DNA from: Octopus bimaculoides
Lineage: Eukaryota
Direction: 5' to 3'
NCBI RefSeq assembly: GCF_001194135.2
Contig: NC_068996.1
Location: forward strand, 54,368,976-54,418,000
Length of the DNA: 49,025 nucleotides
Shown: positions 1 to 13,290 of the stretch, piece by piece
How the letters are laid out: each line of letters starts with the position of its first letter
Numbering within the stretch: the first letter of the stretch is position 1
Notes under the pieces: model-generated
The model's input: only the letters and a program-made list of their open reading frames with translations
Databases searched by the model: none
Told to the model about the DNA's origin: nothing
Position numbers and translations under genes: made by a program

Positions 1-551
1 AATGGGGATGGCTTTCGTTTTCACAAGTCCCTCTTTTGTTTGGAGCTGTAGCACTGTCTGCCATTTGTTCATTGAGTGCCTTATGTATTTTATAATAACT
101 GGTGCCACCTTGTTTATGGCTAGTGTTTCCAGAATCCACGTATGGGGAACACTGTCGAAAGCCTTTTGCTAGTCCACCTAGTCCATACTGAGGCCTTTCT
201 TCTTTCTGCGGCTGTCTTCAGTTATGGCTTTATTGATCAATAATTGATCTTTACAGCCGTATGAGCCCTTGCAGCATCCCTTCTGCTCTTCTGGAAACAG
301 GTTGTTATTTTCCAGGTGCTTACTCAATCTCTGCGATATTATTGCAGTAAAGGCTTTGTAGATCGTAGGGAGACAGGTTATAGGTCTATAGTTTTGTGGT
401 TTCTCCGTTTCCGTGGATTTGGGGATTAAGATGGTTTTCCCTTTCGTGAGCCATTCAGGCATTGTCTCTGGCTCTGCTAGTATGGTTGTTAAAGTTTTCT
501 GCCAGCTTTTTATGTGTTCCTGGCAGGTGTTTTAACCAGAAGTTGGGGATC

Positions 552-553
<2 letters not shown>
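1..553 (-). mobile_element. Dong/R4-clade (RLE-type) non-LTR retrotransposon, RT fragment, pseudogenised
   Basis: Minus strand PEWLTKGKTILIPK...NYRPITCLPTIYK...EQKGC...KDQLLINK...SMD*VD*QKAFDSVPHTWILE (RT motifs 0-3) with two stops and a frameshift near 465; runs off the window start. Confidence 0.85.
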
Positions 554-628
<75 letters not shown>

Positions 629-629
629 C
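554..629. repeat. (ATT)n microsatellite
   Basis: About 25 perfect ATT units directly abutting the LINE fragment. Confidence 0.98.
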
Positions 630-902
630 ATACATTTCACTTAGAGCTTTCGACTTCATTTGCTCCAACTAATTCCGTAAGAGCAGACAGCAACCTGGGG
701 TTTCACATCAATTTCATCATCATCGTTGTTATTGTTCTTCTTGTTGTTGTTTTTGTCATTACTACTACTACTTCTACTACTACTACTACATTGCTTTTCA
801 TACTTTCATGTTCGATAAAAGTACTGAGATCAATGCAATCGGTCCACACCCTCTCACCAAAAATTCGCTAAGCTTCTACTAAAATTTTAAACTATTACCA
901 TT

Positions 903-1120
903 AAAGCAAGCCAGTGGAATCATTAGCACGCCGGACAAAATGTTTAGCGGCATTTTGTCGTTTTCTTACGTTCTCAGTTCAAATTCCACCGAGGTCGACT
1001 TTTCCTTTTATCATTTCGGGGTCGATAAAATAAGTATCAGTTGAGCACTGAGTTCGATATAATCGACTTACCACCCCGTTATATTGCTGACTTTGGGGGA
1101 TCAAAACTTGAAACCAATAT
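903..1120 (+). mobile_element. tRNA-derived SINE, family A
   Basis: Degenerate head with B-box-like GTTCAAATTCC, central gaggtcgacttt..catttcggggtcgataaaataagta..gcactg and 3' gaaaccaatatt; same sequence recurs at 26374, 26601, 40184, 42393 and 44700. Confidence 0.85.
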
Positions 1121-1124
1121 TACT

Positions 1125-1560
1125 CTCATTGAAATATCTGTAAGTTGTTACTTTGTGGATATTACTTTCATTGTTAAATTTCTTTTAACTCTTCACGTCG
1201 AGTTGATTACGAATCATTTTATTTCCAAGCCAATCAGGAAATAATTTAATTCCACATCTAGTATATCCTAAAGGTAAATTTAATACATTGTTCTTCTAAC
1301 ATTTATTGTTGTTCTGTTAATGTTGCAGATGAGTAATAAACTACATCCTTTTTTATCAGTCAAAGTATATCTAAGAATCGATTATCTGATGTGTCTTCCA
1401 TTCTTTTTAGGACATTAGTGTATGATCTGAAGAGAATATGTTCATTGCTAAGGTTGTTTGCTGGTGCAAAAACGAGAGGCGATGATTATGCAGATATTCA
1501 TCCGAAACAAAGTATGGTCGAGATGCTTTAATTGGCTTCAATTGTCTGTAATCTTTTTCC
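1125..1560 (-). mobile_element. possible Penelope-like GIY-YIG endonuclease remnant
   Basis: Minus-strand frames give fragments such as KDVVYY..ICN...VRRTM resembling the GIY-YIG VIY...YVGxT motifs; heavily decayed. Confidence 0.3.
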
Positions 1561-2193
1561 TACTTGTATATCCATTCACAGCAGTTAATAACTTCAGCAT
1601 TTAACGTCCGAATTGTAATAGTATTTAAACGACCAACGAAAAAAAATGACACAAGGCAAATAGTATTTAGAAGCTGAGGTAACAATATCGACGACAATCT
1701 GCCTAGAATTTGCACGTGTGTGTGTATGTGTGTGAGAGCGTATGTGTGTGAGCATGTGTAACTACATATACGTGTATGTGTGTGTGCGTCCGCGTGTGTA
1801 TTCGAATGAGTGTATATATGTGCATCAAAGAGAGATAGAAGAATGTTGGTAGATATATTGCATAATAATGCGAAAGAAGTGAAATAACACATCCTGACAT
1901 AAAATGAAGTATGCTGATCGGCTTTAGATTGACTTAAGAAACAACAACACATTTCTGGATGACTTACAACTTACGATGTTAATGATCCAACTATATATTA
2001 ATGAGTGACTGTAGCTTTTAGTTTAGATATTATCTTAATTATATTTTCACTTGTCGAAATGTTGTTCTAAGGTCGTACTTATCAGTCATGCCAGTTAATT
2101 TTGTAAAGTAGACGTCTATCTTTATTCAAAGTTTAATCGTAATTAAATACGTATGACGTGTGTGCGCATGTGTGTGTGCATGTGCGTGTATGT

Positions 2194-2241
<48 letters not shown>

Positions 2242-2434
2242 TGTATGTGCGCGTGTTAGTGCATCTGGTTATGTATATGCGTATGCCCTTGAATATTGTC
2301 TTAAAGTATATCGAAGGACAAGTAGGAATTTATATATTTTTGAAATCCTCATTATCATCATCCTTATCATCATCATCATCTTTTTCACCCCATCGTCATC
2401 ATCATTATCATCACTATCATTGTTATCACTTTTG

Positions 2435-4550
2435 CCAACCAGTGTAGATGGAAAATCCACCGCAGTATTTAACTGTCAAATCACAGATAATAATGTCAAA
2501 CAGATAATACTCTCCTTCTAATGTGCGCAGAACCAAACAAGAAGTCTTGAAGTTTCAAAGGTATTGATCCTTATGCTCTGATCACAATTTTAATCCGGAG
2601 TATTTTTGAAACCTTTTTGCTTACAATATTCATGTCATTTGTTATGCCGACGTCAATGATCTGAAAATATTTGTCTTTCTTGTTCAATACAATCATACTC
2701 GGTCGGTAATGATCAATCACTTTCCCATCCTCCTGCGTTACTTTACTAGGCACATGCTGATACCAATTCTTTGTCACTTCGTATTGATATTTACAACATA
2801 AAAACCAATGAAGGTACAAACAGACTTTACCATGGCAGTGCTTTTGATTCTTTTTTGCGCCAGGCTTTCACATCCACTTACCAAGTAGGTTATAATATTC
2901 ATGTTCTTTTCACAGAGTCTGCATTTCTGTGAGTCAGAAGTCTTGTAGATGTTACTTCACAGAATTCGTAGCAAGAGCTTGGTCACGTGGTACATTTATA
3001 AGGCTTTCAGCGACACACTTCAAATCACCTTGAAATCGCTTTATCCTTGATATCCTGTGCGTCTCGTTCGAATCGATCATGCATTCTCATTTCCAGATCT
3101 TTTCTTCATGCCTTTCGTTAAATTCTTCCTTACCAAACATTTCATTTGCATTTATACCTTTATCTTCTACTGAATATTGTAGCAACTCCTCGTCACTGTT
3201 TACCAGATATTCTGCAAGCGTTCTTTCTCTGCTTATACAATAATCCACACTGATGAGACCGATACCACCATACTTTCTTTTTATGTACAATCTATTATAT
3301 TTTCTTTAAAGTGCAAAGCTCCCAACAACTTTCTCGTCTTTCTGTCCAACTTTTATATTTCTTCTTCAGTCTACTTAAGAATGGACGCACTATAACTAAC
3401 CACAGCAAACGCGCAGATATTATTGCAGTGACTAGATTTCTTGCATTCAAGTTAGATTTTAGAATCACTTTTACTCTTTTTAAATGCCTCTCTAATTGTT
3501 CTCCATGTAAAATTTCATCCTGTTCTAAAAACTCCAAATACTTGCACCCACTACCTTTTGGTTCTCTATAGTTTCTCTCAATGGCAGCCGTAATCCACTA
3601 TAAGGAGCTTTCTTCCCTTTTCATATTTAGCAATGAGCATTTGGAAATCCCAAATCCAATACCAATGCTACATATCTGGACTGTTTTAACCAAAGAATCT
3701 ATCTAGTTTTCAGACTTTCCCATCAGTTTCAAGTGATCCATAAACAGAAAGTGGTTTATGAATGGCCCTTACTTTCCACATTGCAAACTCATTTTAACTT
3801 TCCTAAATGTCAGTGTTATAAATATAAGTGCTATGAAAAATAGAAATAATGAAACAAGTCAGAAGATACCTCTTTAATTTCTACTTCTCTAAGGGATACA
3901 TTGCTCGAGCACAACATCACAAATTTTCTTCTATCCTAGCAGAAGAAAATTTGTGATGTTGTCTGCAATACCAAACATCTGCTGGCAGTCAACAATCTAA
4001 AAATGAAGCCCCACATCATATGCCTTCGTAAAGTTCGTCCAGGTGATAGAAATGTTGGTATGATATTTTTTTTACAATGCCTCAAAACTGTCTTATCGGT
4101 AACCAAGTGATTGTTGGTATCTTGACGTCTCTTCCTACATTTTTTTTCTTGGTAACATTCCTCCTTATAGAAGACAATTGTAAGTCTTTTCCGCAAATAT
4201 TCCAGTAAGTACCTTCCGTATATAATGTTCAGAAATGCTATAGAACGGTAATTATCCCACAACATTCCCCTAATTTCTATCTTTGATTACAAGTGGTGTC
4301 TTTCCTGTTACCATCCAAGAGGGAACAGCACTTCTCTTGACACATTCATTCAATTGAGTTGCCAGTCTTTCATGAATCACATCTCCTCAACTAAAAACCA
4401 TGGATTCCCATCTGGACCGGAAGCTTACCTTAGCCACTTGATTCTTCACATCGATTGTGCTTATGGTAATAATTCTATCTTGATGGTTTCTATCCACTTG
4501 GCATCCATTCTTTGCATCATAGTGTTTCCATATAACCCATTTCAGAACTC
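2435..4550 (-). mobile_element. Dong/R4-clade non-LTR retrotransposon, 5'-truncated, decayed (RT, CCHC, RLE)
   Basis: Minus-strand pieces in order: SGPDG(I)HG, DNYRSIAFLN, KKCRKRRQDTNNHLVTDK, KYLEFLEQ, LYIKRKYGGIGLISV, CRLCEKNMNIITYLVSGC (zinc knuckle), HYRPSMIVLNKKDKYFQIIDV (RLE), terminal GSAHIRRRVLSV* (stop 2496-2498). Confidence 0.85.
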
Positions 4551-4551
<1 letters not shown>

Positions 4552-4610
<59 letters not shown>

Positions 4611-4733
4611 GTTCAGTAGTTTTATTATTATTATTATTATTTATTATTATTATCATTATTTATTATTATTATTATCATTATTATTATTATTATTATTATC
4701 ATTATTTATTATTATCATTATTTATTATTATCA

Positions 4734-4831
<98 letters not shown>

Positions 4832-4838
4832 CATTATA
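4552..4838. repeat. compound (ATT)n microsatellite
   Basis: About 285 bp of ATT units with ATC/TTT interruptions. Confidence 0.97.
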
Positions 4839-4840
4839 TT

Positions 4841-5022
4841 AAGGCGGTAAGCGACAGAATCCTCATTGCATATAACAAAGTGCTTAGCAGTATTTCTTCA
4901 GAGCTGAAATTCTGCTGACGAAAAATTATTCCTTCTATCATTTTGTGGTCCATAAAATACTGAGGTAATTGACTAACCTCTTCTCCCTAAATTTCCTGAC
5001 CTCGTGCCAAAAACTTGAAAGA
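4841..5022 (+). mobile_element. degenerate SINE, family A
   Basis: Starts aaggcggtaagcgacagaatc...gtgcttagcagtatttc, as in the family A head; centre and tail diverged. Confidence 0.6.
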
Positions 5023-8000
5023 AGTACTGTTGTTCTTCTTCTTGTTGCTGTTGTTATTGCTGTTGTTTTCGTTGTTGTTGTATATGCTTCATTTTGGGTC
5101 GTAAACGGTTAGTCGCTTTAATTTGAAATACAATGTTTTGTTTAATGTTTACTGGACACTTCGTTAAATAAGAGCCCCCTATTCCACTGCTCCACTACAT
5201 GAAGAGGGCAACAGTAAGTTTAGGCTTTAAATGGCACCTTTCTTATAACAAAAATATTTAGCATATTGTTAATGTTTATGTCTAAAATCGCGGAGACACC
5301 AAAACACGCCAACTAAACTAAATGATTTGTTAGACGAGGAAATGATTCGTCAGACTACGACACTGAATGGAAACTAACCCTCTTACCTCAACTCAAACAT
5401 CACCAGCTTCATTGTCACTCCACCCTCAGCAGTCGTAGTGACAGAACAAGCCTGACAGACGCATACGGCAAATATAACACCAACAACAGCTGTAGATGTC
5501 AGCTAGAGAATCGTTAGCAATGGTCATGTCAAACAAAGTTCAAAGAAATACCTATAGGAGAGGAGTGTCCATTTCCACCACCACCACCACTACCACCATT
5601 ATAACAACTAAGTGCATCAGCAGAAACAAAAATCACCTCAGCACGAGGTGAAAGTTTCAAAAGCAAAGGCAACACCAGAAAAAACAACGACGACAGCAAT
5701 AACGCCGCACAAATTACAAACCATAAGTAACAACAGCAGCAACAATTACCAGACTTCGTTCGCTGGAGTAGGAATGATGCAAGGGAATGATGTAATCTCT
5801 TTTCTATAGAACGGGTGAAATTAGAAAACGCCGCTGAATTTTTTAAAATCGAGGTGGAGAAGGGGAGAGCTTGCTAGAAAGGCTACTGTTTATCATTCCG
5901 TGGATTAAACAACTCATTGCCTGGAGGCAGGAGCTAACGCTCAGTAGAATGAGTTCTTCACGAAGTAAGGTAAGACATCGAAGATGCATCTAGGACAAGG
6001 CAGTTCGGTATGGTCGGGATCCTCGCTGCAGAGTGAATTTCGCTCTCTTCCCCACGTATTTGGGAAGAAGGGCGGTAAAGGTAACAATACGGGCGAGATC
6101 TCAGGTGGATATTGGCCTGCATTGTGTTGGAAAGGAATGAACCTGGATGCGAAGAGGATTAGACAGGAGACTGCTATGAGAACCACAAAGGAGGATCTTC
6201 TCCATGTGAAATCTTGGGCATCTAGATAAGATCTCAGACCTCATCTCCCTCTTCCGAATAGGGCGGAACTATTAGTAATTTTGGAGAGCGGAAAGCCAAG
6301 GTGTAGTGCCTGTAGAACAACTGACAATTTCAGAGCATTCTTCCTACGCAAACAGAGTGTCTCATTGCTACTGACACCATCGCTGCAATAACAACAACAG
6401 TGTTCAACAATAGAAGCTGTAGCAACAATAGGAGCAAAGAAAAATTGAATTACAATAACAGTATCTGGACCAACAGCAGCAATAGCAAGTAATAGCTGTA
6501 CCACAGTAATAGCTGTACCACCAACAACATTGATATCAAATTTTCCAGCAACTGAGGTTTGAGAAAAATAATGACTATGATAAAATAATCCCGCCGAGGG
6601 AACATTCCAAAAGAACATTGTCTTTTCCTTTGACCCTATTCCCCCTCCTGCATGCACAAAAGAAATGCCCTAGCACCCATCCAAATTGAAGTCTTTCAAC
6701 CACTCCTCTGGTGATGGGGTAGGGTAAGAAAAGTAAAATAAAAAAGAACTGAAAAAAATCAAAAAGAAAAGAGGGAGCACGCACAAAACGACATTAACTC
6801 TAAGCAACAAGTACAGCATCACTACCACAAACCTCTACTAACTGCAACAAAAAGAATGCATAAATGAAGCAACAGCGAACACGCAAGAGAAAAACGAGCA
6901 AACATACAAACTCATCAACAAATAGAGTAAAAATAACTCTAACTAAATACTCCTCCCACAACAACAACAAATTGCACCGTCTTCCGACTTTGTTCCAGTA
7001 AGAAGGAAAAATAAAGAACTGCTATCTTGCTTTGCACAAAGTCGAGACATATAGACAGTGAAAGGGAATGCGTTCAATAAAAGTACAGGGAAAATCTCGA
7101 AGGATCTGAAATTAGTAAGGCTGCCAATAGATACAGTTTGGGAGATGAGAGAGAGTTTCCTGAATGACGTCGGAAACTCTAGCATCATGACCTTGAACAG
7201 GCTACTTTGGGTTTTCCCAACGAGTTCTATACACAAAGAAAGGATTTTTATACAACCGATTACCTAAAGGAAAATCATCCAGGTAGGTGACACTATTTTC
7301 TTCTTCCCTTCTTTCCTACCATCATGGCAGCTTTAACAATAGGTTGCATAAATGTACATAGCCTAAGTCACTCTGAAAACAGGGACGTCTGCTCTATGAC
7401 CTCAGGTCACTAGCCATGGGTGTAATAGCAATCAGCGAGGCTATTTCCAACACACTAGCTATGGCGCACATTTTTTAATGACTTGCAATGGGAGACGAAA
7501 TGACAATGTTGTTTCAGAAAAGCCTGGGTCTTGAGAGGCGGTCGAGTTTCTTAGACTCGGACGGTCCTAAATATGAGCAGCAGCGAAGAGAATGCATTCA
7601 CGCTGACAGATGTCTAAACCCCGACAGGGGCTGAGCAACCAGATATCTTCACGGTCTAGAGGTTTTCCTCGGAACGTCCCACTCTTTTGTGTTATTGGGC
7701 GTTTGGAACGCTATCTTGAATGCATGTTGGGATTATGAGCTGATCGGAGAGGTGGTTACGAAAGCCTCGCACATCTGTTCAGAATTTCCCGAATGTGCCA
7801 GTATCGGATGTTCCAGATCGTATCTAGTCAGAGAATCCTGTAGGCCAGCAGATAGAGCTGCCATAGAGTATTCACAATTCAAATTGGTCGGAAAAAAAGA
7901 TCACAAATGTGTGGTTTGATACGTTACAGAAAACAGAACATCCCTTTCCCGGCACGCCAAGCTTAAAGAGACTAAATTAGCAAACTATTTAGGCGAGTAT

Positions 8001-8069
8001 TAACGGAGGCAGTCGTCAAAAACCAATGATGCTTAACTTTGAAGAGAGCTACTAGATTAGAATTGATAA

Positions 8070-8268
8070 TACAGTTCTATATTTAAGAGATGAGGAGTTA
8101 TGTACATTATTTACATTATTTGCATTATTTACATTCGACGGATATTTGTCGTCATCTTGTTTTGTTGTTAACACGTTGTGGCTGATATACCCTCCAGCCT
8201 TCATCAGGTGTCTTGGGGGAAATTTCGAACCTGGGTTCTCATTCCTAAGGTATTTTTCCATGTTGTTG

Positions 8269-8311
<43 letters not shown>

Positions 8312-8423
8312 CATTATTATTGTTGTTGTTGTTGTTGTTGTTGTTGTTCAGGTCACTTCTTGGAATCGAACTCGCAATCTTTAGGTTAGTAGCCCGCGCT
8401 CTTAACCACAACGCCATATGCCC
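8070..8423 (-). mobile_element. composite SINE-like element: tRNA-like head + (AAT/AAC)n + Penelope-type tail (complete unit)
   Basis: Minus strand GGGCATATGGCGTTGTGGTTAAGAGC (A-box) ... GAGTTCGATTCC (B-box, 8373-8362), then microsatellite 8348-8268, then tail with CTGATGA (8207-8201) whose GAAAC is mutated to ACAAC; ends ...AAATATAGAACTGTA at the target-site duplication. Confidence 0.8.
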
Positions 8424-8430
8424 GTGAGAC

Positions 8431-8720
<290 letters not shown>

Positions 8721-10325
8721 TAGAATTGATAAGTTTCAGTAAGAATGTAGCAGTAGAAAATTCTAGAGTTCAAGGAGAGCTAGTTAGGAACCTAGAAGAT
8801 ATGTCGTACTGGCAGCAAGTTTGACCCTTGGCCAATTCTTCAGCACGAAGTACGAAGGTTGTGTTGTCAGAACTTAATCTTGTGTTTTAAAGTATGGGGG
8901 AACAAAATTCGTTTGATGGGCCCGAGATGCAGAGGCACACCGTGGAAACAAAGTAAAATGTTCAAAAGTTGGAACACTGTAATGTACAGCGATATCTGCT
9001 CGGTGGTTAGAGTAAATGGCCATCAATCGGAACCGATCGGTATCATGTTCGATACGTCGAAACCGTTCTATCTCGCTTATACATTACTTACTGCTGCTCG
9101 AGTCACAATTGCGAAAATTAGAAGTTTCGAGGGGCATCCCATATGAACTACAATGTGGAAGAGATGTGTCAGTATATGCGCACGACGTCACCGTAATAGT
9201 ATCGGATACTAACCACATCTGACAGAGTACAAAGCGGTGATCGGAGCAAAAATCAGACAAGAAAAGCCGGAAGGTCCGAAGCATGGAATGTGGACTATGA
9301 GGTAAATCTACACCACCCATTCGTGTAGTGGAATGCTAGACTGAAAGACCGGTTAAATTTCTCGGCTTCTGGTTAGGTCCTAACTTCCAGCTGGACAAAA
9401 CCTGAGGCAAGGTAATTAGCAGGTTAGCTAATCTCACTCAGAAATGGGTTGAGGTGAGCTATCTCTGAAACGTAGAGTTGAGGTGACAAACGCCTACATC
9501 GCATCCGTCATCAACTACCGCCTGGGTGTCTTGCTTTGTCCTACTTCGTGGCTGATCAGACTGGAACGCTTGCTCTTACACTTAGTGTGGAGGGGATAAA
9601 TCACACTGGTCTGACGGTTCATTTAGCTGCCAACAACCGTTACATGGAGTTCAACTGGCTTGCCTGTTCCGGAGGACTTTCGGTGCTGGGCCTATGAACG
9701 ATTTCCAGAAATTTCTGACTTAGTTGTGCTACTGGGGTTGTAGCCTGTTCGCGATATAATCTGCAGGTATGGTAATACTGTCAGCCGGGCCTATCCGAAA
9801 TGCGTGTAGAACGAAGTAACCGTCCTGCTTGCACGGAACCCACGCCGCCTTCCATTGGCTAGGGAAGACAGGTAATTAGTTTTCTTCTACATGATGGCTA
9901 CGGCAGAAGTGGCTGTCTGGTGGACGAGACTGAAAAATTTGTAGACAGGCACTTTTATCTTCGGTCAAACCTCTCATCGTCATTTTAAGTTTCACATGAA
10001 ATAGTGAGGGTAAATAGAGAGGTGCCACCCTAAAGTAAATTTGTTGAATGGTGGATGAATGTGATGAAGCTAGCCCGAGTAAGTGAGACTAGCCTATAGG
10101 ACGGATAAAATGTGGAAGGAGCGTCTCCTAGTGATCGGTGTGATCCAGGATTTCTGGAGTTCTTTGCTTAGCCATGGATGGTACTCCTTATGGAAAAATT
10201 TTGTTGCTATAATTTTCTTGAGGATTGTTATTGTTTTGTTGTTTAACGTGTTTCTATAAGTCCCCAATGTCCTTTCTCATTGTACTGTCCTAATTAATTT
10301 TTGCGACCCTTGTAACCAATAAAGA

Positions 10326-10327
<2 letters not shown>

Positions 10328-10395
<68 letters not shown>

Positions 10396-10420
10396 GCTGT
10401 TGTTGTTGTTATTGTTGCTG
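10328..10420. repeat. (TTG)n/(CAA)n microsatellite shared by two convergent LINE 3' ends
   Basis: About 30 TTG units between the AATAAA of the + strand Tx1 element and the 3' UTR of the - strand Dong element. Confidence 0.95.
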
Positions 10421-12615
10421 TTTTTCTCCTCAGAACGTTCGGTCTTGTTAGTTCTGGTAGATTCTCTGAGAACGGACAGCAGGTTGCTTTCAGAGGTCTC
10501 ACAGGGTCTCTTTCTGTACATTACAAGCTTTGATACTTGGTTGTTATTTATCGTGGGATGCATTTAACATCCAAGTACCAATCTCAAAATCCTAGCTGTC
10601 CCCAGCAGAGCAGTTTTTGGGGGTTTGCTCTGCTCTCGTATCAATTCCGATTTCTCTGACATATTTCTCAAACTTGGTTCCTAGTGCCTTGAGTGCCCTT
10701 AGAACTACTGGAATGACAGACACTCTCCTCATAGTCCACATTCTTGCAATTTCCTCTTTTAGTAGTCTCTACTTTCCAATCTTTTCTAGTTCTTTGTCAC
10801 TTATGCGTGCACCTCCAGGTATTACAATATCTATGATCTAGGTTTCTTTTTTCTTTTCTTTATCTATCACAACAATATCTGGTCTCCGAGCCTCAATTAG
10901 TGAGTCACATTGAATTGTAAAATCCCATTGTATCTTATGTCCTTTGTTCTCGGTGACTTCTGGTCCATGTTCATACTGTTTCCGTGCTCTGTTCAGGCCG
11001 TACTTTTCACATAGCCTCCAGTGGACGAACTTAGCCATATTATCATGCCTCCTTTTGTAGTGCTTTTTGGCCAGCTTACTACACTCACTCGCAATAGGTG
11101 AGATTGTTTCGTTTCTGCTGCTACAAATCCTATAAAGAGGCGATTCGCTACTCTTATTTGTTTGGAACTTGGTGTAATTAGTTCTCAGAGCTTGTTCTTG
11201 GGAGCTGAATATCAGTGTCTCAGTGCATCCTTTCAGATCACTTTTTTTAACCATCTCCAAGTGTTGATTTTGTCTTTTCCATCGATTTCTCTGAGTTATT
11301 GCTCAAGCAGTGATTTCATTTTCCAGTTGTTTACTCTTTCATCCTGTTTCTTAAATGTTTGTGGCTGCATCACATTTTTGGTTGCTATTATATTGTTAAT
11401 TCTAACAGCGGCAAGCAAGGATTCACTCTGTTGTTTGATGTACCATCCCAGACTGTTTTTTCTCGTTGAAAAACTTGCATCCTATGAAACGTCTTCCATC
11501 CTTGTTTCTATGCATATTCAGTCTGCCAGTATCGCTTTTGGGGTGTAGTTCTTTGTTAACTGTCATCACTTTTCTAGTTTTCCAGGCCATTTCCTCAAGC
11601 ACGTTCGTTGTCCACCTAACAACACCTGCGTCGTATCGCATTAAGGAAACAGCCCATGTGTTCATTGCTCTGATTTTGTCCTTGATTTTGTCGTATTCTA
11701 AAATCCCCAGATATTTATATCCCTTGGTTTCAATATCCTTGATTTTCTTGCTGTTGAGTAGTTTTACACCAACAGACGACACTGCTTTGCCTCTTTGTAT
11801 TATAAACATACCACACTTTTTAGTCCCAAATTCCATTCCGATATCCTTACTGAATATCTGCACAGTTGAAACTAAGCCACTTATTTTACGTTCGGTCTTT
11901 CCATAGATCTTTAAATCATCCATATATAACAGATAATTTAATTTTTCTCCACTTTTCAAGGTGTACCACGATGTCATTTTCTGTAGTATCTGTGTGAGGG
12001 ATATCATACAAATCATAAACTGCAATGGTGATAGATTATCTCCTTGAAATATGTCACCAAAAATTTTCCACGTGAAGTTAACTCTCTATTCTAGTTTTTT
12101 GTTGATCTCCTAACAAAATTTGATATGTTATCAGACACCTGTACCAGCTCAGGACTTTCTAAAATCCAGGAATGGGGCACAATATCATACGCATTCTTAT
12201 AATCAATCCACGCCATGGCCATGCCCAGATTAGTAAGACTTTTCTTGCAGTCGTTCAGTAACATTCTGTCTATCAGAAGTTGGCCTTTTGTCCCTTGGAT
12301 TTTCCTTCTGCACCATTTCTTTTCCACTGGCAGTTTGTCATTCATTTCCAGGAAGTTACGCACATAATTAAATATCATTCCTGTCATCAGCTTCCAGATC
12401 AAGGATATACAGGTGATAGGCTGGTAAACATCCCCTGCATTGCCTTTGCGGGGATCCTTTTGCCAAAGAATTGTTTTTTACCCGTGGTCAGCCGCTTTGG
12501 GATTTCATATTTTTCGTATTTTTCCGACCTTAACTCCTTCAACCATTTAGCATCTTTATTATGTTTTTTTCCATTACCCCAGGTCTTTACTCAAAAACCT
12601 TTTACTTTCTTCCAC
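10421..12615 (-). mobile_element. Dong/R4-clade non-LTR retrotransposon with intact 3' end, decayed
   Basis: Minus strand: QGTKGQLLIDR, AWIDYKNAYDIVPHSWI, FQGDNLSPLQF, YMDD (11926-11915), YKYLGILE, QEQALRTNY, RICSSRNETISPIASEC (knuckle), RRPDIVVIDKEKKE (RLE), ending ...ARILRLVLGC* near 10564 and a 3' UTR running into (AAC)n. Confidence 0.9.
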
Positions 12616-12830
12616 TGTTCCTAGCGCACCAATTATTACAGGCACGATCTCTACTGTTCGCATACTCTAAATTCTTCCTATTTCAAATTTTTAAGGGATT
12701 GTATTTTTTTCTTCCTCTTTCTTTGCGATCCTGGAATCAAACGGGTCGATGGGATGATAAGCAACTTCGCTTTTCCTTATCTATAATTGCTATGTGCGTT
12801 TCACATGACTCTATTCATTAAGACTTATTA
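12616..12830 (-). mobile_element. RLE-domain fragment of a different Dong/R4 copy fused to the element above
   Basis: Minus strand HIAIIDKEKRSC...KYNPLKFEIGRI*SMRTVEIVPVIIGALGTV, a C-terminal RLE region, placed upstream of pre-RT sequence. Confidence 0.65.
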
Positions 12831-13210
12831 AAACTTCAGAAGTTCTTACAACTTTGGTCGTCGTAATGCTTTACTTTCGTTTGTTTAATAAAAATTCTTC
12901 CTCATAATAATTTTGCTTTCATTTTGTGATAGACAGCTATCATACAAAAAATGCTAGCTTCCAAATCTTGTTTTCTGATTTGGTAACATTGGTTAAACTT
13001 TAATAACATTTTTCTAAAATTTTTCGGCAACAAATATATAACAAAATCGGATTTAACGTGGAAAATTAATTCAATATATCAAATTTGAGAATTTTGACGT
13101 AATTTTAAAATTTCACAGTATGTGACAGCAACAGAGAAAACCCTACAAAAGTAGAGAGACAGAGAATTATAGGAAGTCACATACACATACACGCGCTCGC
13201 ACGCACGCAG

Positions 13211-13290
13211 ACACTGAAACACGCACACGTATTTACAAACACGTGATCACCTGAGTGTACGTTTGTAAATACGTGGGCATGTTTCAGTGT
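13211..13290. repeat. inverted repeat, 30-bp arms (28/30 complementary), 20-nt spacer
   Basis: ACACTGAAACACGCACACGTATTTACAAAC (13211-13240) versus GTTTGTAAATACGTGGGCATGTTTCAGTGT (13261-13290). Confidence 0.95.

Noticed and set aside
8350-8423. tRNA gene
   Set aside because: A- and B-boxes are present but there is no convincing acceptor stem or full cloverleaf; it is the head of a repeat. The same applies to heads at 23800-23898, 25170-25235 and 29893-29950.
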